A DNA stretch of 64,000 nucleotides from a virus. The first letter of the stretch is position 1. Each line of letters begins with the position of its first letter. The position numbers and the translations under genes are program-made. This document shows, piece by piece, positions 27,313 through 36,679 of the stretch. The notes under the pieces were generated by a model, which saw only the letters and a list, made by a program, of their open reading frames with translations, was not told the origin of the DNA and searched no databases. The stretch is from the IMG/VR virus record IMGVR_UViG_3300025647_000019, positions 29,965 to 93,964 of that record. One strand, given 5' to 3'.

Positions 27313-29781
27313 ATGGCAAACACAACATATAAAATTTCTAGAATATGTTCTTCGTTTAATTATGGGAGATGGAATATCCATAAATTTGGCTATACTCCTA
27401 AAGGGGAATTTGTAAAAGTAAAGTCCGATTTTACTGATTATTTTTATTTTAATTCCGAAGAAGTTTCAAATTTAATTCCCTTTAATAAATTAGATCAAAA
27501 TGACTATGGGGATTATATGTCGGTTTATGGAAAACCGACTCGTAAAATTGAATACAGATCAATAAAAGAAAAAAATCAAGTTGTATCTCAATATCCTGAA
27601 TCAGTATATGAAGCAGATGTTCCCCCCGAGTTTAAATACCTTATGGAAATAAAACATGAATGGGCAGATTCATCTGAAAGACATATTCTATATTTTGATA
27701 TTGAAACATGGGCAAAAGATATAAGTTCTACTCCAGAAAGACCTGATGCTCCCATCACTTCTATTCAGCTTTACTCTACTAGGTTTCAGAGATACTTTTT
27801 GTTTGCTTGGCATCCGGAAAAGACTTCGGATTTCTCAGTTCCTAAAATTCTCCAGAATGAAGAAGTAACTTATATCTTTAGTAAAGACGAACGTGGAGTA
27901 ATTGAATCCTTTATTGCTTTTTTTGAAGAATATTCCCCAGATATTATATCTGGATGGTGGTCTGCTGGATTTGACTTACCATATATTCTTAATCGATGTT
28001 CCAGATTAAACATTGACTATAATCGTTTATCTCCAATAGGAAAAGTAAATCACTATCAAAAAAAGGGAAACTGGAAAACCTATATCAGTGGTGTTGATCA
28101 CATTGATATGCTTGAAGCAATAAAAGACATTGGATATAATCTTCCAAATTATAAACTTGCCACTGCTGCAAAAGAAATCCTTCAAGATCCTGATATTGAA
28201 AAGCTTACTGAAGTTACTTGGGCAGATTGGATGGACAATTTTGGGGGCTTTATAAAATACGGTCTTAGGGATGTCGAGATCCTTAAAGAAATAGATGAAG
28301 AACTAAAGATTTTTGACCTGTACTGCACGATTCAGAAACTTACAAACATTACTACGCTCGGTGAAGTTATGTTTAAATCGTCCGTTGTAGATAAGTTTAT
28401 TTTGACTGAAAGCCACGGAGAATATGTTTTCCCAACTCGTTCAACTTCATCTAGACAGAAATATATGGGTGCACATGTGATGGATCCTAAACCGGGTCTT
28501 CACAAGGATGTAGCTATTTTTGACTTTGCTTCGCTTTATCCAACATCCATTATGACGTTTAATATCTCTCCCGAGACTTTCATTTGCTCAGATAAGCAAC
28601 TTGAAAGAAGAGGATTAACAATAGATGATGTTATCGAGAATTTAAACAAAAGAAACATTCCATTTATCGATACAGGATATGATACAGAACTATTTGGAAA
28701 TAGATACTTGTTTTATTCTCACAGTCATAGATTGGGGATTTTTCCCAAGATCCTTAAAAAGATGTATGAAGAAAGAAAAGCAATCAAATCCGAAATGAGA
28801 AATGAATCTGATGAACATAAATTGAATACTTTAGATAAGCATCAGCAAGCAATTAAATTGATTCTTAATTCTGCTTATGGTGCTTTAGGATTTAATTATT
28901 TTAGATTATATAAACCTGAATGTGCTGATTCTATTACTTACTTTGCTAGACAAGCATTATATTTTGCCCAGGAAAGTTTGCAAAAAGAAGGAATGGAAGT
29001 TATATACCAAGATACAGACTCTGAATTTGCTCTTCAAAATGGGAAAACTGCTACCGAAATTAATATGTGGGTTGACCGATTCAATGGAAGTGAAGTTATT
29101 GAATTTGCTCAGCAATATAATAATGGGGAAATAGAATCTTTTGAAGATTATCTTACTCTTGAAATGGAATATGAAAAAGATCTAGAAAGAATTTATTTCG
29201 GTTATGATGATAAATTAAAAATTGGTGTTAAGAAAAGATATTATGGGATTATTCGTAATTCCCGAAAGAAGTATATTCGGGGATTGAATATCATTCGAAA
29301 AGATACTCCAGAATTCCTAAAAAAGAAATTAGATGTTCTTTCTGAATTGGCAGTCAATGATGCTCTTCAGATAAAACATCTTGAAACAATCAAAAAATTG
29401 ATAAAGCTTCAGGATCTAAAAAATATCGGAATAACTAAAGCATTTGGAAAAAGATTCGATGCTTATGATAAAACTCAGCCACAACATTTAGTTGCTGCTA
29501 AATGGGCAAATGAAATTTTAGGTTGCAATATAAACCATACACATAATCCATATTTGTTTTATGTTATTTCAAAATGTGAAGATCATCTTCCCAAAGGAAA
29601 AAGAAATAAAGCAATTTGCTTACTTGAGGAGGATCTAGAAAAGGCAAAAACAAATCCGGATCTTTTCGAAATCGATTATGACATATATTTCAGAAAACAA
29701 GTATTAGATCAACTTGAGGAGTTTGATCTTATTCCCTCTGTTAAAAATGTTATTGCAGAATATAAGGAGAAAATGAAATGA
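27313..29781 (+). CDS. Family B DNA polymerase
   Basis: Exo motifs FDIET, FDLPY, YGLRD; pol motifs DFASLYP, KLILNSAYG, YQDTDS, KKRY. Confidence 0.96.
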   Translation: MANTTYKISRICSSFNYGRWNIHKFGYTPKGEFVKVKSDFTDYFYFNSEEVSNLIPFNKLDQNDYGDYMSVYGKPTRKIEYRSIKEKNQVVSQYPESVYEADVPPEFKYLMEIKHEWADSSERHILYFDIETWAKDISSTPERPDAPITSIQLYSTRFQRYFLFAWHPEKTSDFSVPKILQNEEVTYIFSKDERGVIESFIAFFEEYSPDIISGWWSAGFDLPYILNRCSRLNIDYNRLSPIGKVNHYQKKGNWKTYISGVDHIDMLEAIKDIGYNLPNYKLATAAKEILQDPDIEKLTEVTWADWMDNFGGFIKYGLRDVEILKEIDEELKIFDLYCTIQKLTNITTLGEVMFKSSVVDKFILTESHGEYVFPTRSTSSRQKYMGAHVMDPKPGLHKDVAIFDFASLYPTSIMTFNISPETFICSDKQLERRGLTIDDVIENLNKRNIPFIDTGYDTELFGNRYLFYSHSHRLGIFPKILKKMYEERKAIKSEMRNESDEHKLNTLDKHQQAIKLILNSAYGALGFNYFRLYKPECADSITYFARQALYFAQESLQKEGMEVIYQDTDSEFALQNGKTATEINMWVDRFNGSEVIEFAQQYNNGEIESFEDYLTLEMEYEKDLERIYFGYDDKLKIGVKKRYYGIIRNSRKKYIRGLNIIRKDTPEFLKKKLDVLSELAVNDALQIKHLETIKKLIKLQDLKNIGITKAFGKRFDAYDKTQPQHLVAAKWANEILGCNINHTHNPYLFYVISKCEDHLPKGKRNKAICLLEEDLEKAKTNPDLFEIDYDIYFRKQVLDQLEEFDLIPSVKNVIAEYKEKMK

Positions 29782-30101
29782 GAACACGTTGGGATGAATT
29801 AAGAAGAATGGCTGGAGGAATTAATATTCCAGGTCCAGAAAGAATGGGTAAAACCTTTGTTGAACTTTTTTGTCATTGTGATTTTGAACCTTTTGGTCGT
29901 GCCTCTGAAATGTGGGAATATGTTTGGACATTACATTTTCCAGAAGCACCAAGAATGTGGAAATCAACAAAAGGTTGGGTTCAATCTCACACTCATCCAT
30001 ATGGAATGCAATTCAGGGGAAGATCAGTTGAAGATGTTATGAAACAAGCAGAAGATTTTTTTGGTGAATTGGAGAAACAAAATGACAGACCCAAGAAGTA
30101 A
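29778..30101 (+). CDS. Hypothetical protein
   Basis: Coupled ORF. Confidence 0.45.
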   Translation: MRTRWDELRRMAGGINIPGPERMGKTFVELFCHCDFEPFGRASEMWEYVWTLHFPEAPRMWKSTKGWVQSHTHPYGMQFRGRSVEDVMKQAEDFFGELEKQNDRPKK

Positions 30102-30630
30102 AGTTATGTGTGAATATTGTATGGACACACAAGTATATACTGCAAACCCAATGGACCCACCCCATTCGTGTCCATATTGTACACCAGCAGAAAATAGAGC
30201 AATAAGTTGGGATAGTATATGGATGGATCTTGCAAAGTCCATTGCTTTAAGATCAACATGTAAAACTCCAAATAGACAAGTTGGGTGTGTTATTGTATCA
30301 TCTGATAATTCAAGAGTATTAGCTCTTGGATATAACGGTTCAGCAAAGGGTGACGATAATTCTTGTGAATATGGAACTGGTCAAGCATTTAATAGTCGAT
30401 GTACATGTATTCACGCTGAAATGAATGCTCTGACTAAACTTGACACAACGAATCCATGTGATAAGAAAATGTATTTAACATTGTCCCCGTGTGATGTATG
30501 TTGGAAATTGATTGTTAATGCTGGTATTAAGGAATTAATTTTCGATGAAAAATATGGAACAACTGGTGAAAATTTAAAGTATCTAACACATTTAGGAATT
30601 TTGGTGAGGAAATTTAATGGAGATTATTGA
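30082..30630 (+). CDS. dCMP deaminase with N-terminal CxxC..CxxC
   Basis: RSTC, QVGCVIV, GYNG, HAEMNAL, PCDVC. Confidence 0.92.
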   Translation: MTDPRSKVMCEYCMDTQVYTANPMDPPHSCPYCTPAENRAISWDSIWMDLAKSIALRSTCKTPNRQVGCVIVSSDNSRVLALGYNGSAKGDDNSCEYGTGQAFNSRCTCIHAEMNALTKLDTTNPCDKKMYLTLSPCDVCWKLIVNAGIKELIFDEKYGTTGENLKYLTHLGILVRKFNGDY

Positions 30631-30826
30631 TATTAAAGAAAACAGATACCAAGTAATCCGAAAATATATAAATCCGGATAAAGAATTTATAGAGAAATTA
30701 AGTAAATTCTATAGAGAACAATATTCAGATTATGAACTAATTAAAACAAGAAATAAAAATGAGTATCTTATGTGTCGATTGATACATAATTTGACTTTTG
30801 TAGAAGAGAATAATATTTATATATAA
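30617..30826 (+). CDS. Hypothetical protein
   Basis: Coupled ORF. Confidence 0.4.
   Translation: MEIIDIKENRYQVIRKYINPDKEFIEKLSKFYREQYSDYELIKTRNKNEYLMCRLIHNLTFVEENNIYI
30813..30820 (+). promoter_or_regulatory. Putative late promoter ATATTTAT
   Basis: Upstream of the lysis/head-protein block. Confidence 0.45.
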
Positions 30827-30843
30827 GAAGGTTGAGAGGTTAA

Positions 30844-31026
30844 ATGAAAGTCACAAAAGACACATTAAGAGAATTAATAAAACAAGTAATAGACGAAATG
30901 TCTGATGATGAAATTATTACTTCAGAAATAGTTTCTAATACGACAGCAAACGTAGCTGGATATGATGGTCCTTTACAAAAAAAACCTGTAAAAAGGAAAT
31001 TGAGTAAGAAAAAAGATAAGGATTAA
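30844..31026 (+). CDS. Small protein with leader variant MKVTKDTLRELIKQVIDE
   Basis: Leader-like N-terminus. Confidence 0.5.
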   Translation: MKVTKDTLRELIKQVIDEMSDDEIITSEIVSNTTANVAGYDGPLQKKPVKRKLSKKKDKD

Positions 31027-31028
31027 TA

Positions 31029-31232
31029 ATGGAGTTTGCTGATCTGCTAATAGCAATATTTAAACAATATGGCGCCCCTGGACTTGCTATTGTTGGTGGG
31101 TTATATTATATAAAGGCTCTAGATTCAAAAATAGATAGGTTAACAAATTTAACCTATAAAACTTTTGGTGTTATGCTTTCATTAGTTGATGACAAATTTA
31201 GAAGAGACTTAATTGATAAGGGAGATGATTAG
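31029..31232 (+). CDS. Putative holin / small membrane protein
   Basis: QYGAPGLAIVGGLYYI TM segment followed by a coiled segment; near endolysin. Confidence 0.5.
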   Translation: MEFADLLIAIFKQYGAPGLAIVGGLYYIKALDSKIDRLTNLTYKTFGVMLSLVDDKFRRDLIDKGDD

Positions 31233-31235
31233 GCA

Positions 31236-31844
31236 ATGTTATTATTAGATGTTGTTTTTATCGGGTCTATAGTTATTATTCTATTTATATTATTTAAAAA
31301 ATTAAAGAAACAAAATAAAATATTAACACAAATAGAAAATCAATATGAAGGGACTCTTCTTTCGTTTGTCAATGACAATAATTTAGCGGAAGTCGATATT
31401 GATTTTTTAAATCCTGGAGATCTAAAAAAAAAATCAAGGGGAAATGAAGTAATAAGATTTGTTGGTGTTGACATTAATAAAGGATATGACTTTATTGAGG
31501 CTAAACACGAAAAGGGTTATATATTTGGACCCCACGTTCATCATAACTCAAGTGAATTTTTTTATGTAGTATCTGGGAAGATAAAAATCACCGAATGTAG
31601 TAGGGCTATAAAACAATGTGAAAAATGTAAAGGTGATTGTGGATTATACGGGGGGAATGATAATGGATTTATTGATACCTTTATTTTAAATTCAGGGGAC
31701 CATTACTTTTTAACTGCTGAAACTTATCATACATTTGAGGCATTGGAGGATTCATTTGTGATTGTTGTTACAATGCCGCCAATTGGAAAATTATATTTAG
31801 ATCAATATAACATATACAATAAAGACGCTGTTCATAAGGGATAA
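31236..31844 (+). CDS. Cupin-domain protein with N-terminal TM helix
   Basis: PHVH..SEFFYVVSG and YHTF cupin metal motifs; four-Cys insert. Confidence 0.7.
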   Translation: MLLLDVVFIGSIVIILFILFKKLKKQNKILTQIENQYEGTLLSFVNDNNLAEVDIDFLNPGDLKKKSRGNEVIRFVGVDINKGYDFIEAKHEKGYIFGPHVHHNSSEFFYVVSGKIKITECSRAIKQCEKCKGDCGLYGGNDNGFIDTFILNSGDHYFLTAETYHTFEALEDSFVIVVTMPPIGKLYLDQYNIYNKDAVHKG

Positions 31845-31864
31845 TGCTGTTCATAAGGAATAAT
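31827..31864 (+). repeat. 19-bp tandem duplication GCTGTTCATAAGGRATAAT
   Basis: Two copies, one mismatch, spanning the cupin stop codon. Confidence 0.8.
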
Positions 31865-31869
31865 AAGTT

Positions 31870-32460
31870 ATGAATATTTGGGTATTTTTTGAAATATTTA
31901 ATAGATTAAATAAAAGGCTTAGAAAACTTATGTCAAAAAACGAGATTGAAATACAAACATTAAAATTGGAAAGGAATCCAAGAAACCCCAATTGGGGTCA
32001 AAGAGATATTTCTTTGATAAATAAAATAATAGTTCATCAAGAACTTGGAGAAGGAACAACTGAGCAAGTTCACGCATATCATATAAGTAAAGAATCACAT
32101 TTAAAACCAGGTGTTGGAGCTCCGGCCATAGCATACCATTTTACAATTGAAAAAGATGGAACTATATATAAAGTAAATGATCTTACAGATGTCACTTGGC
32201 ATTGTGCAGGAGAAAATCTTCAAAGCATTGGAATAATGGCTGTGGGAGATTTTGCATGTAAAGATAATATTAATGGAAAGGCCCCAACACAAGAGCAATT
32301 GAAATCTTTAAGATTATTGTTAAATTATTTAACCGATAAATATATGATTCTTAAAGCTAATGTTTATGGGCATAAAGACTTTGGGAAAGAATCTTGCCCG
32401 GGATTTGTTTTATATGATTTTGTTCAAGATTATAAAAAAGAAAGCTTTAATGTAGTATGA
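31870..32460 (+). CDS. N-acetylmuramoyl-L-alanine amidase (endolysin)
   Basis: IIVH, IAYHF.I..DG, WHC.G.N..SIGI, YGHKD...CPG. Confidence 0.9.
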   Translation: MNIWVFFEIFNRLNKRLRKLMSKNEIEIQTLKLERNPRNPNWGQRDISLINKIIVHQELGEGTTEQVHAYHISKESHLKPGVGAPAIAYHFTIEKDGTIYKVNDLTDVTWHCAGENLQSIGIMAVGDFACKDNINGKAPTQEQLKSLRLLLNYLTDKYMILKANVYGHKDFGKESCPGFVLYDFVQDYKKESFNVV

Positions 32461-34853
32461 AAGTAAAATACCATAAATTTACAGGTAGTATGCCTATTAT
32501 TTTTGTAGAGAGATTTTCAGATTTTGCTACAAAAATAGGATGTCGTCGGGAAGAATTAGAAGAAGGAACTGAATTTGATGGTGGAAAATATTTTAGAACT
32601 ATTGGATTTAAAGGATCTCCACTAAAATTTGCTGTATTTGAAGACTCAATGATGAGAACTCTTTTTGGTACTAGACGAAATGATATAGTTGATGCTACCT
32701 TGGCAATGTATGTTTCCGAAAAGAAATATCCATTAAACAGTAAATTATCAATGAATAATGCAATTAAAATGACTTTAGAAAATGATGCTCAAGGAGCATA
32801 TAGAATTTTACAAAAAGTTTATTTGAATAAATTTAAGGTTGAGAATCCATATCACAAAATAGCTATTCAAGAAGGATTTATCAATGAAGTTCCAGATAAA
32901 CATTTGAATGAACCCGGTGATGCTGAAAAATATAAAGATTCCCATACTCATGTTTCAGGGGGGGAAGGAAATCTTTATATGGTTGGAAAAATGCCACAAG
33001 AAAAGGCACAAGAAAAAGCAAAGAAACAAGGTGCCGATGCTAAACTTGTCAAAGGAAAAATGGTTCCATTATCACCCGAGGAAAAAAAACCATTAGATGG
33101 TGATAAACAAAAACCCCAACAAGAACCAAAAGAGCCTAAAAAAAGAGAAGTTAAAATTGTCAAGACAGATACCGGAGAAGAAATCTCTCCTGAAGAATTA
33201 CCGACTGATACAACGGGAAATGCCGAGCAAGAAAAAACTGGGGGAGGTCAAATTACCCCTGACAAAGTATCAGACAAAAACTTTGATAATATGATTTCGG
33301 CAATTAAAAAGTCTGGGAATAAATCAAAGGAAATAGATGAAGTAATTTCTCTTTTGGAAAAAGCAAAAAAAGGTGAACCAATTTCTACTGCCGAAGCTAA
33401 ATTTATTGGACAATATATTCGACCAACTGAAAGCCCAAAAAATGTTTATATGACACATTCTCAAGTACCAGGAAACCCTCTAGAAGATTTTGGAAAAAAG
33501 GGTATTAAAAGAAACTATGATAAAATTGGAAACCCGACATTAAATAGATTATTAAAACAACTTGGAATCCCTGAAGCAGTCCAAACCCTTACTGGTAGCT
33601 CTAAAATGAAACCAGAAAAAATATTCATAGATGAAAATGGCGATACTAGAACAACAAAAGTTAAAATGGGGGCAGGATCTAAAGGACTTACTATCAATGG
33701 AAGAACTTTAAAAGAAAAGAAAATCCCCGATGGATCTAAATTTGTTGATTATTATCTTCAGCAAGGACTTTCTCAAGAAGAAGCTAAATCTAAAGCAAAA
33801 AATGCTATAAGAGCCTTGAAAAAGTATAATAAAGGGATTGAATATTTCAGAAATGTTATTCAATCTGAAGGAACTGATGCTTTATCAACCATAGATATTA
33901 TTCCAGGGGTTCATCCAACAACATCAGAAAATCGTAGAAAATTAATTGATAAAGCCATTGATGATACAGTATTAAAAATGGCTCAATTAACTGAAGGACA
34001 TAATAAAGAAGAAATAATTAAAGGATTAGAAAAATTAAAAAAAGCTAATTCCGATAATTTTGAACAAATAATGGATGAAGCTCTTCACCCCTTAATGACA
34101 GATAAACTATTAAGAGACGGAGGAGCAGATCTTGTTGAAGTTATTAGCTATGTAAAAGCTTTAGTTAATGGATATGAAGCTTATATGCCTGCAGAAGGAA
34201 ATTGGCCATTAGGTGATGTTTTGATTTTACCCGGTGAAGATACTCCTTTAAAGACTATTGAAGATATGGCAACACATCTCGACATGATTGCAGTTTCATT
34301 AGAAAATCAATCAGTTAAAAAGAATGCTGGGGCTGCCAGTGCAGCAAAAAATAAAATTGAACAGTCATCATTCGTAGATCCACCTCCGGGAGTAAAAGAA
34401 GATCTCCAAAAAATGGAAGGTGAGATTTATGATGATATCTGGAATAATAACAACTTAGATAAAGCAGAAGAAGCTATATATGAACTATATCAAAAATATG
34501 GATTAGATCCAAAAAAATATTTAAAAGATCCAAGTGCAAAACAAATTGATAAAGTTTTAAAAATGAACTTAAAAGCAAACCCAGAATTGGATAAAAAAGA
34601 GCATAGAAGACAATTAGAATTAGAATATTTAAATGGAATGCTTTTACAGGATGTTCATAATGCTTATATTGATACTCAATTTTATTCAAATGAAGTATAT
34701 AAGGTTCAGAAAAATAATTTTACAACGAATAGATCTAACGGGGTTACAAAAATCGCATATATGAAATATGCCTTTAATAACAAATATAGTAAAAGTGGAA
34801 AACCCGATACTAGAATTGCTGGACTTATGGTAAATAAAGATAGGATGAAATAA
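32457..34853 (+). CDS. Large putative internal virion protein with PD-(D/E)XK-like C-terminal domain
   Basis: FINE motif, K/E/P-rich linker, E..YMPAEGNWPLGDVL...SVKK pattern. Confidence 0.4.
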   Translation: MKVKYHKFTGSMPIIFVERFSDFATKIGCRREELEEGTEFDGGKYFRTIGFKGSPLKFAVFEDSMMRTLFGTRRNDIVDATLAMYVSEKKYPLNSKLSMNNAIKMTLENDAQGAYRILQKVYLNKFKVENPYHKIAIQEGFINEVPDKHLNEPGDAEKYKDSHTHVSGGEGNLYMVGKMPQEKAQEKAKKQGADAKLVKGKMVPLSPEEKKPLDGDKQKPQQEPKEPKKREVKIVKTDTGEEISPEELPTDTTGNAEQEKTGGGQITPDKVSDKNFDNMISAIKKSGNKSKEIDEVISLLEKAKKGEPISTAEAKFIGQYIRPTESPKNVYMTHSQVPGNPLEDFGKKGIKRNYDKIGNPTLNRLLKQLGIPEAVQTLTGSSKMKPEKIFIDENGDTRTTKVKMGAGSKGLTINGRTLKEKKIPDGSKFVDYYLQQGLSQEEAKSKAKNAIRALKKYNKGIEYFRNVIQSEGTDALSTIDIIPGVHPTTSENRRKLIDKAIDDTVLKMAQLTEGHNKEEIIKGLEKLKKANSDNFEQIMDEALHPLMTDKLLRDGGADLVEVISYVKALVNGYEAYMPAEGNWPLGDVLILPGEDTPLKTIEDMATHLDMIAVSLENQSVKKNAGAASAAKNKIEQSSFVDPPPGVKEDLQKMEGEIYDDIWNNNNLDKAEEAIYELYQKYGLDPKKYLKDPSAKQIDKVLKMNLKANPELDKKEHRRQLELEYLNGMLLQDVHNAYIDTQFYSNEVYKVQKNNFTTNRSNGVTKIAYMKYAFNNKYSKSGKPDTRIAGLMVNKDRMK

Positions 34854-36679
34854 TGGCAGTAAGTAAACCAAATGTTATAGTATCCTATGGGGGAAGATTT
34901 CAGCCCTTTCATTTAGGACATTTTAAAGTTTATCAGGCCTTAGTTAAAAAATTCGGTAAAAAAAATGTATACATAACTACTTCAAATAAAGTTGAAGATA
35001 AAAAAAGCCCATTATCTTTTCAATGGAAAAAAAAGATGATGATTCATACTGGCGTTCCATCAAATAAAATTCTTCAAGTTGCAAATGGGTATAAAGCAGA
35101 TCTTGTTTCTAAAGCTGCAGGATTCAATTTAGAAGATACAATATGGATTTCGGCTATTGGGGAAAAAGATGTAAGCAGATTAAGTGGTTGGAATTATTTT
35201 TTACCATATAAATCTGGGGGAGCAATGGTAACTGCTGATAAGCATGGTTATTATTATCCAGTTCCAAGTTCTGAAAGCGTTACCAAAGTTCAGGGAAAAG
35301 TTTTATCTGCAACAGTTGTTCGTGATGTATTAAGAAAAGACGAGTTAGATAAAAAAGATTATGAATTTTTAAAGGGGGCTCTTGGAGCTCCTAGAGCTTT
35401 AATTGATACTTTACGAACTCAAATAAAATTAGAATCTCAAATTAGAAATGGTACGATTTTAACCGAAGGTGGGATGGGTGGACATATGTCTAATCTTTAT
35501 GATGATCCCACATTAAAATTCTCAGATCTTGAAAAAATTATTAAAGACTCCTTAAGCGGTGAATTAAATAAAACAGAAATTCGAGAAAAAACTGATGGCC
35601 AAAATTTATTCGCATCAGTTATAAATGGGGAAGTTCGTTTATCAAGGAATAAATCTCAAACCAAAAATAAAGGAGCTAATTCCCTAGATGCTCAAGGTAT
35701 TGCTAAAAATTGGGCAGAGGTTCCACAAGTAAGAGATGCATTTTTAGAAGCTTTGAAAGCATTAGAGACTTCATTTAAGCAATTTTCAAAAGAGGAACTA
35801 GAAACTATTTTTGACAATGGGGGAAATTGGGTTAATATGGAAATTATGACTCCGAGTAACCAAAATGTTTTCTATTATGGGGATCCCCAAGTTGTATTTC
35901 ATGGATTAGAAATGGTTGATGATGATGGTAAGAAAATTGGGGTTAATGCAGATCTAACTAAAAAACTATATGATAAAATTAGTTCTATTAAGCCAGGAAA
36001 AGTTCCTGTTAAAACTCCCCCGTTTGTAAAATTAAAAAAACGTGAGGATTTTTCGGAAAAAACTTCATACTTTATTTCAAAATTATCAAAATTTAGAAGT
36101 CAACAAAAAGTTGGAAGTAATGCAACTCTTGGTGATTGGTATGAAAAATATTTTGAGAAAAAAATTTCCGAAATGGAAAAGAAATATAGTCATAAAATAG
36201 ATCCAAAACTTAAAGCTAAAATTGCTTATAGATTTGGATGGAACGATAAGTCCTTAACTATGCCAACAATAAAAAAGGAATTAAAATTCTTACCAGTATA
36301 TGAAGAACTAGCACAATTGAATCGGAATCTAAATGATGAATATAAAAAAGCTAGAGAACCTCTTGTTAGATTATTGATGGAATTAGGTATTGAGGTATTA
36401 CAGAATCTTGAGCAGTATTTATCAGCAAGTCCTGAGCAAACTATTCAGAATTTAAGAGATAATCTTGCTAAAAAAATAAAACAAATTCGGGGATCTAAAA
36501 ACCCTGAAGACATAGAAAAAATGAAAGACATTTTAAAGCAGGTTCAATCTGTTGGAGGAATTCAGAATATGGTTCCAACAGAAGGTATTATCTTTGTTTA
36601 TAATGGCAAATCTTATAAGTTAACGGGGACATTTGCTCCTATAGGGAAGTTACTTGGAATGGGAAGGTATGGTAGATGA
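34853..36679 (+). CDS. HxGH nucleotidyltransferase fused to RNA-ligase-like (covalent nucleotidyltransferase) domain
   Basis: GGRFQPFHLGH; after ILTEGG come EKTDG (I), NMEI (III), VVFH (IIIa), EGIIF (IV), YKL (V). Confidence 0.75.
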   Translation: MAVSKPNVIVSYGGRFQPFHLGHFKVYQALVKKFGKKNVYITTSNKVEDKKSPLSFQWKKKMMIHTGVPSNKILQVANGYKADLVSKAAGFNLEDTIWISAIGEKDVSRLSGWNYFLPYKSGGAMVTADKHGYYYPVPSSESVTKVQGKVLSATVVRDVLRKDELDKKDYEFLKGALGAPRALIDTLRTQIKLESQIRNGTILTEGGMGGHMSNLYDDPTLKFSDLEKIIKDSLSGELNKTEIREKTDGQNLFASVINGEVRLSRNKSQTKNKGANSLDAQGIAKNWAEVPQVRDAFLEALKALETSFKQFSKEELETIFDNGGNWVNMEIMTPSNQNVFYYGDPQVVFHGLEMVDDDGKKIGVNADLTKKLYDKISSIKPGKVPVKTPPFVKLKKREDFSEKTSYFISKLSKFRSQQKVGSNATLGDWYEKYFEKKISEMEKKYSHKIDPKLKAKIAYRFGWNDKSLTMPTIKKELKFLPVYEELAQLNRNLNDEYKKAREPLVRLLMELGIEVLQNLEQYLSASPEQTIQNLRDNLAKKIKQIRGSKNPEDIEKMKDILKQVQSVGGIQNMVPTEGIIFVYNGKSYKLTGTFAPIGKLLGMGRYGR

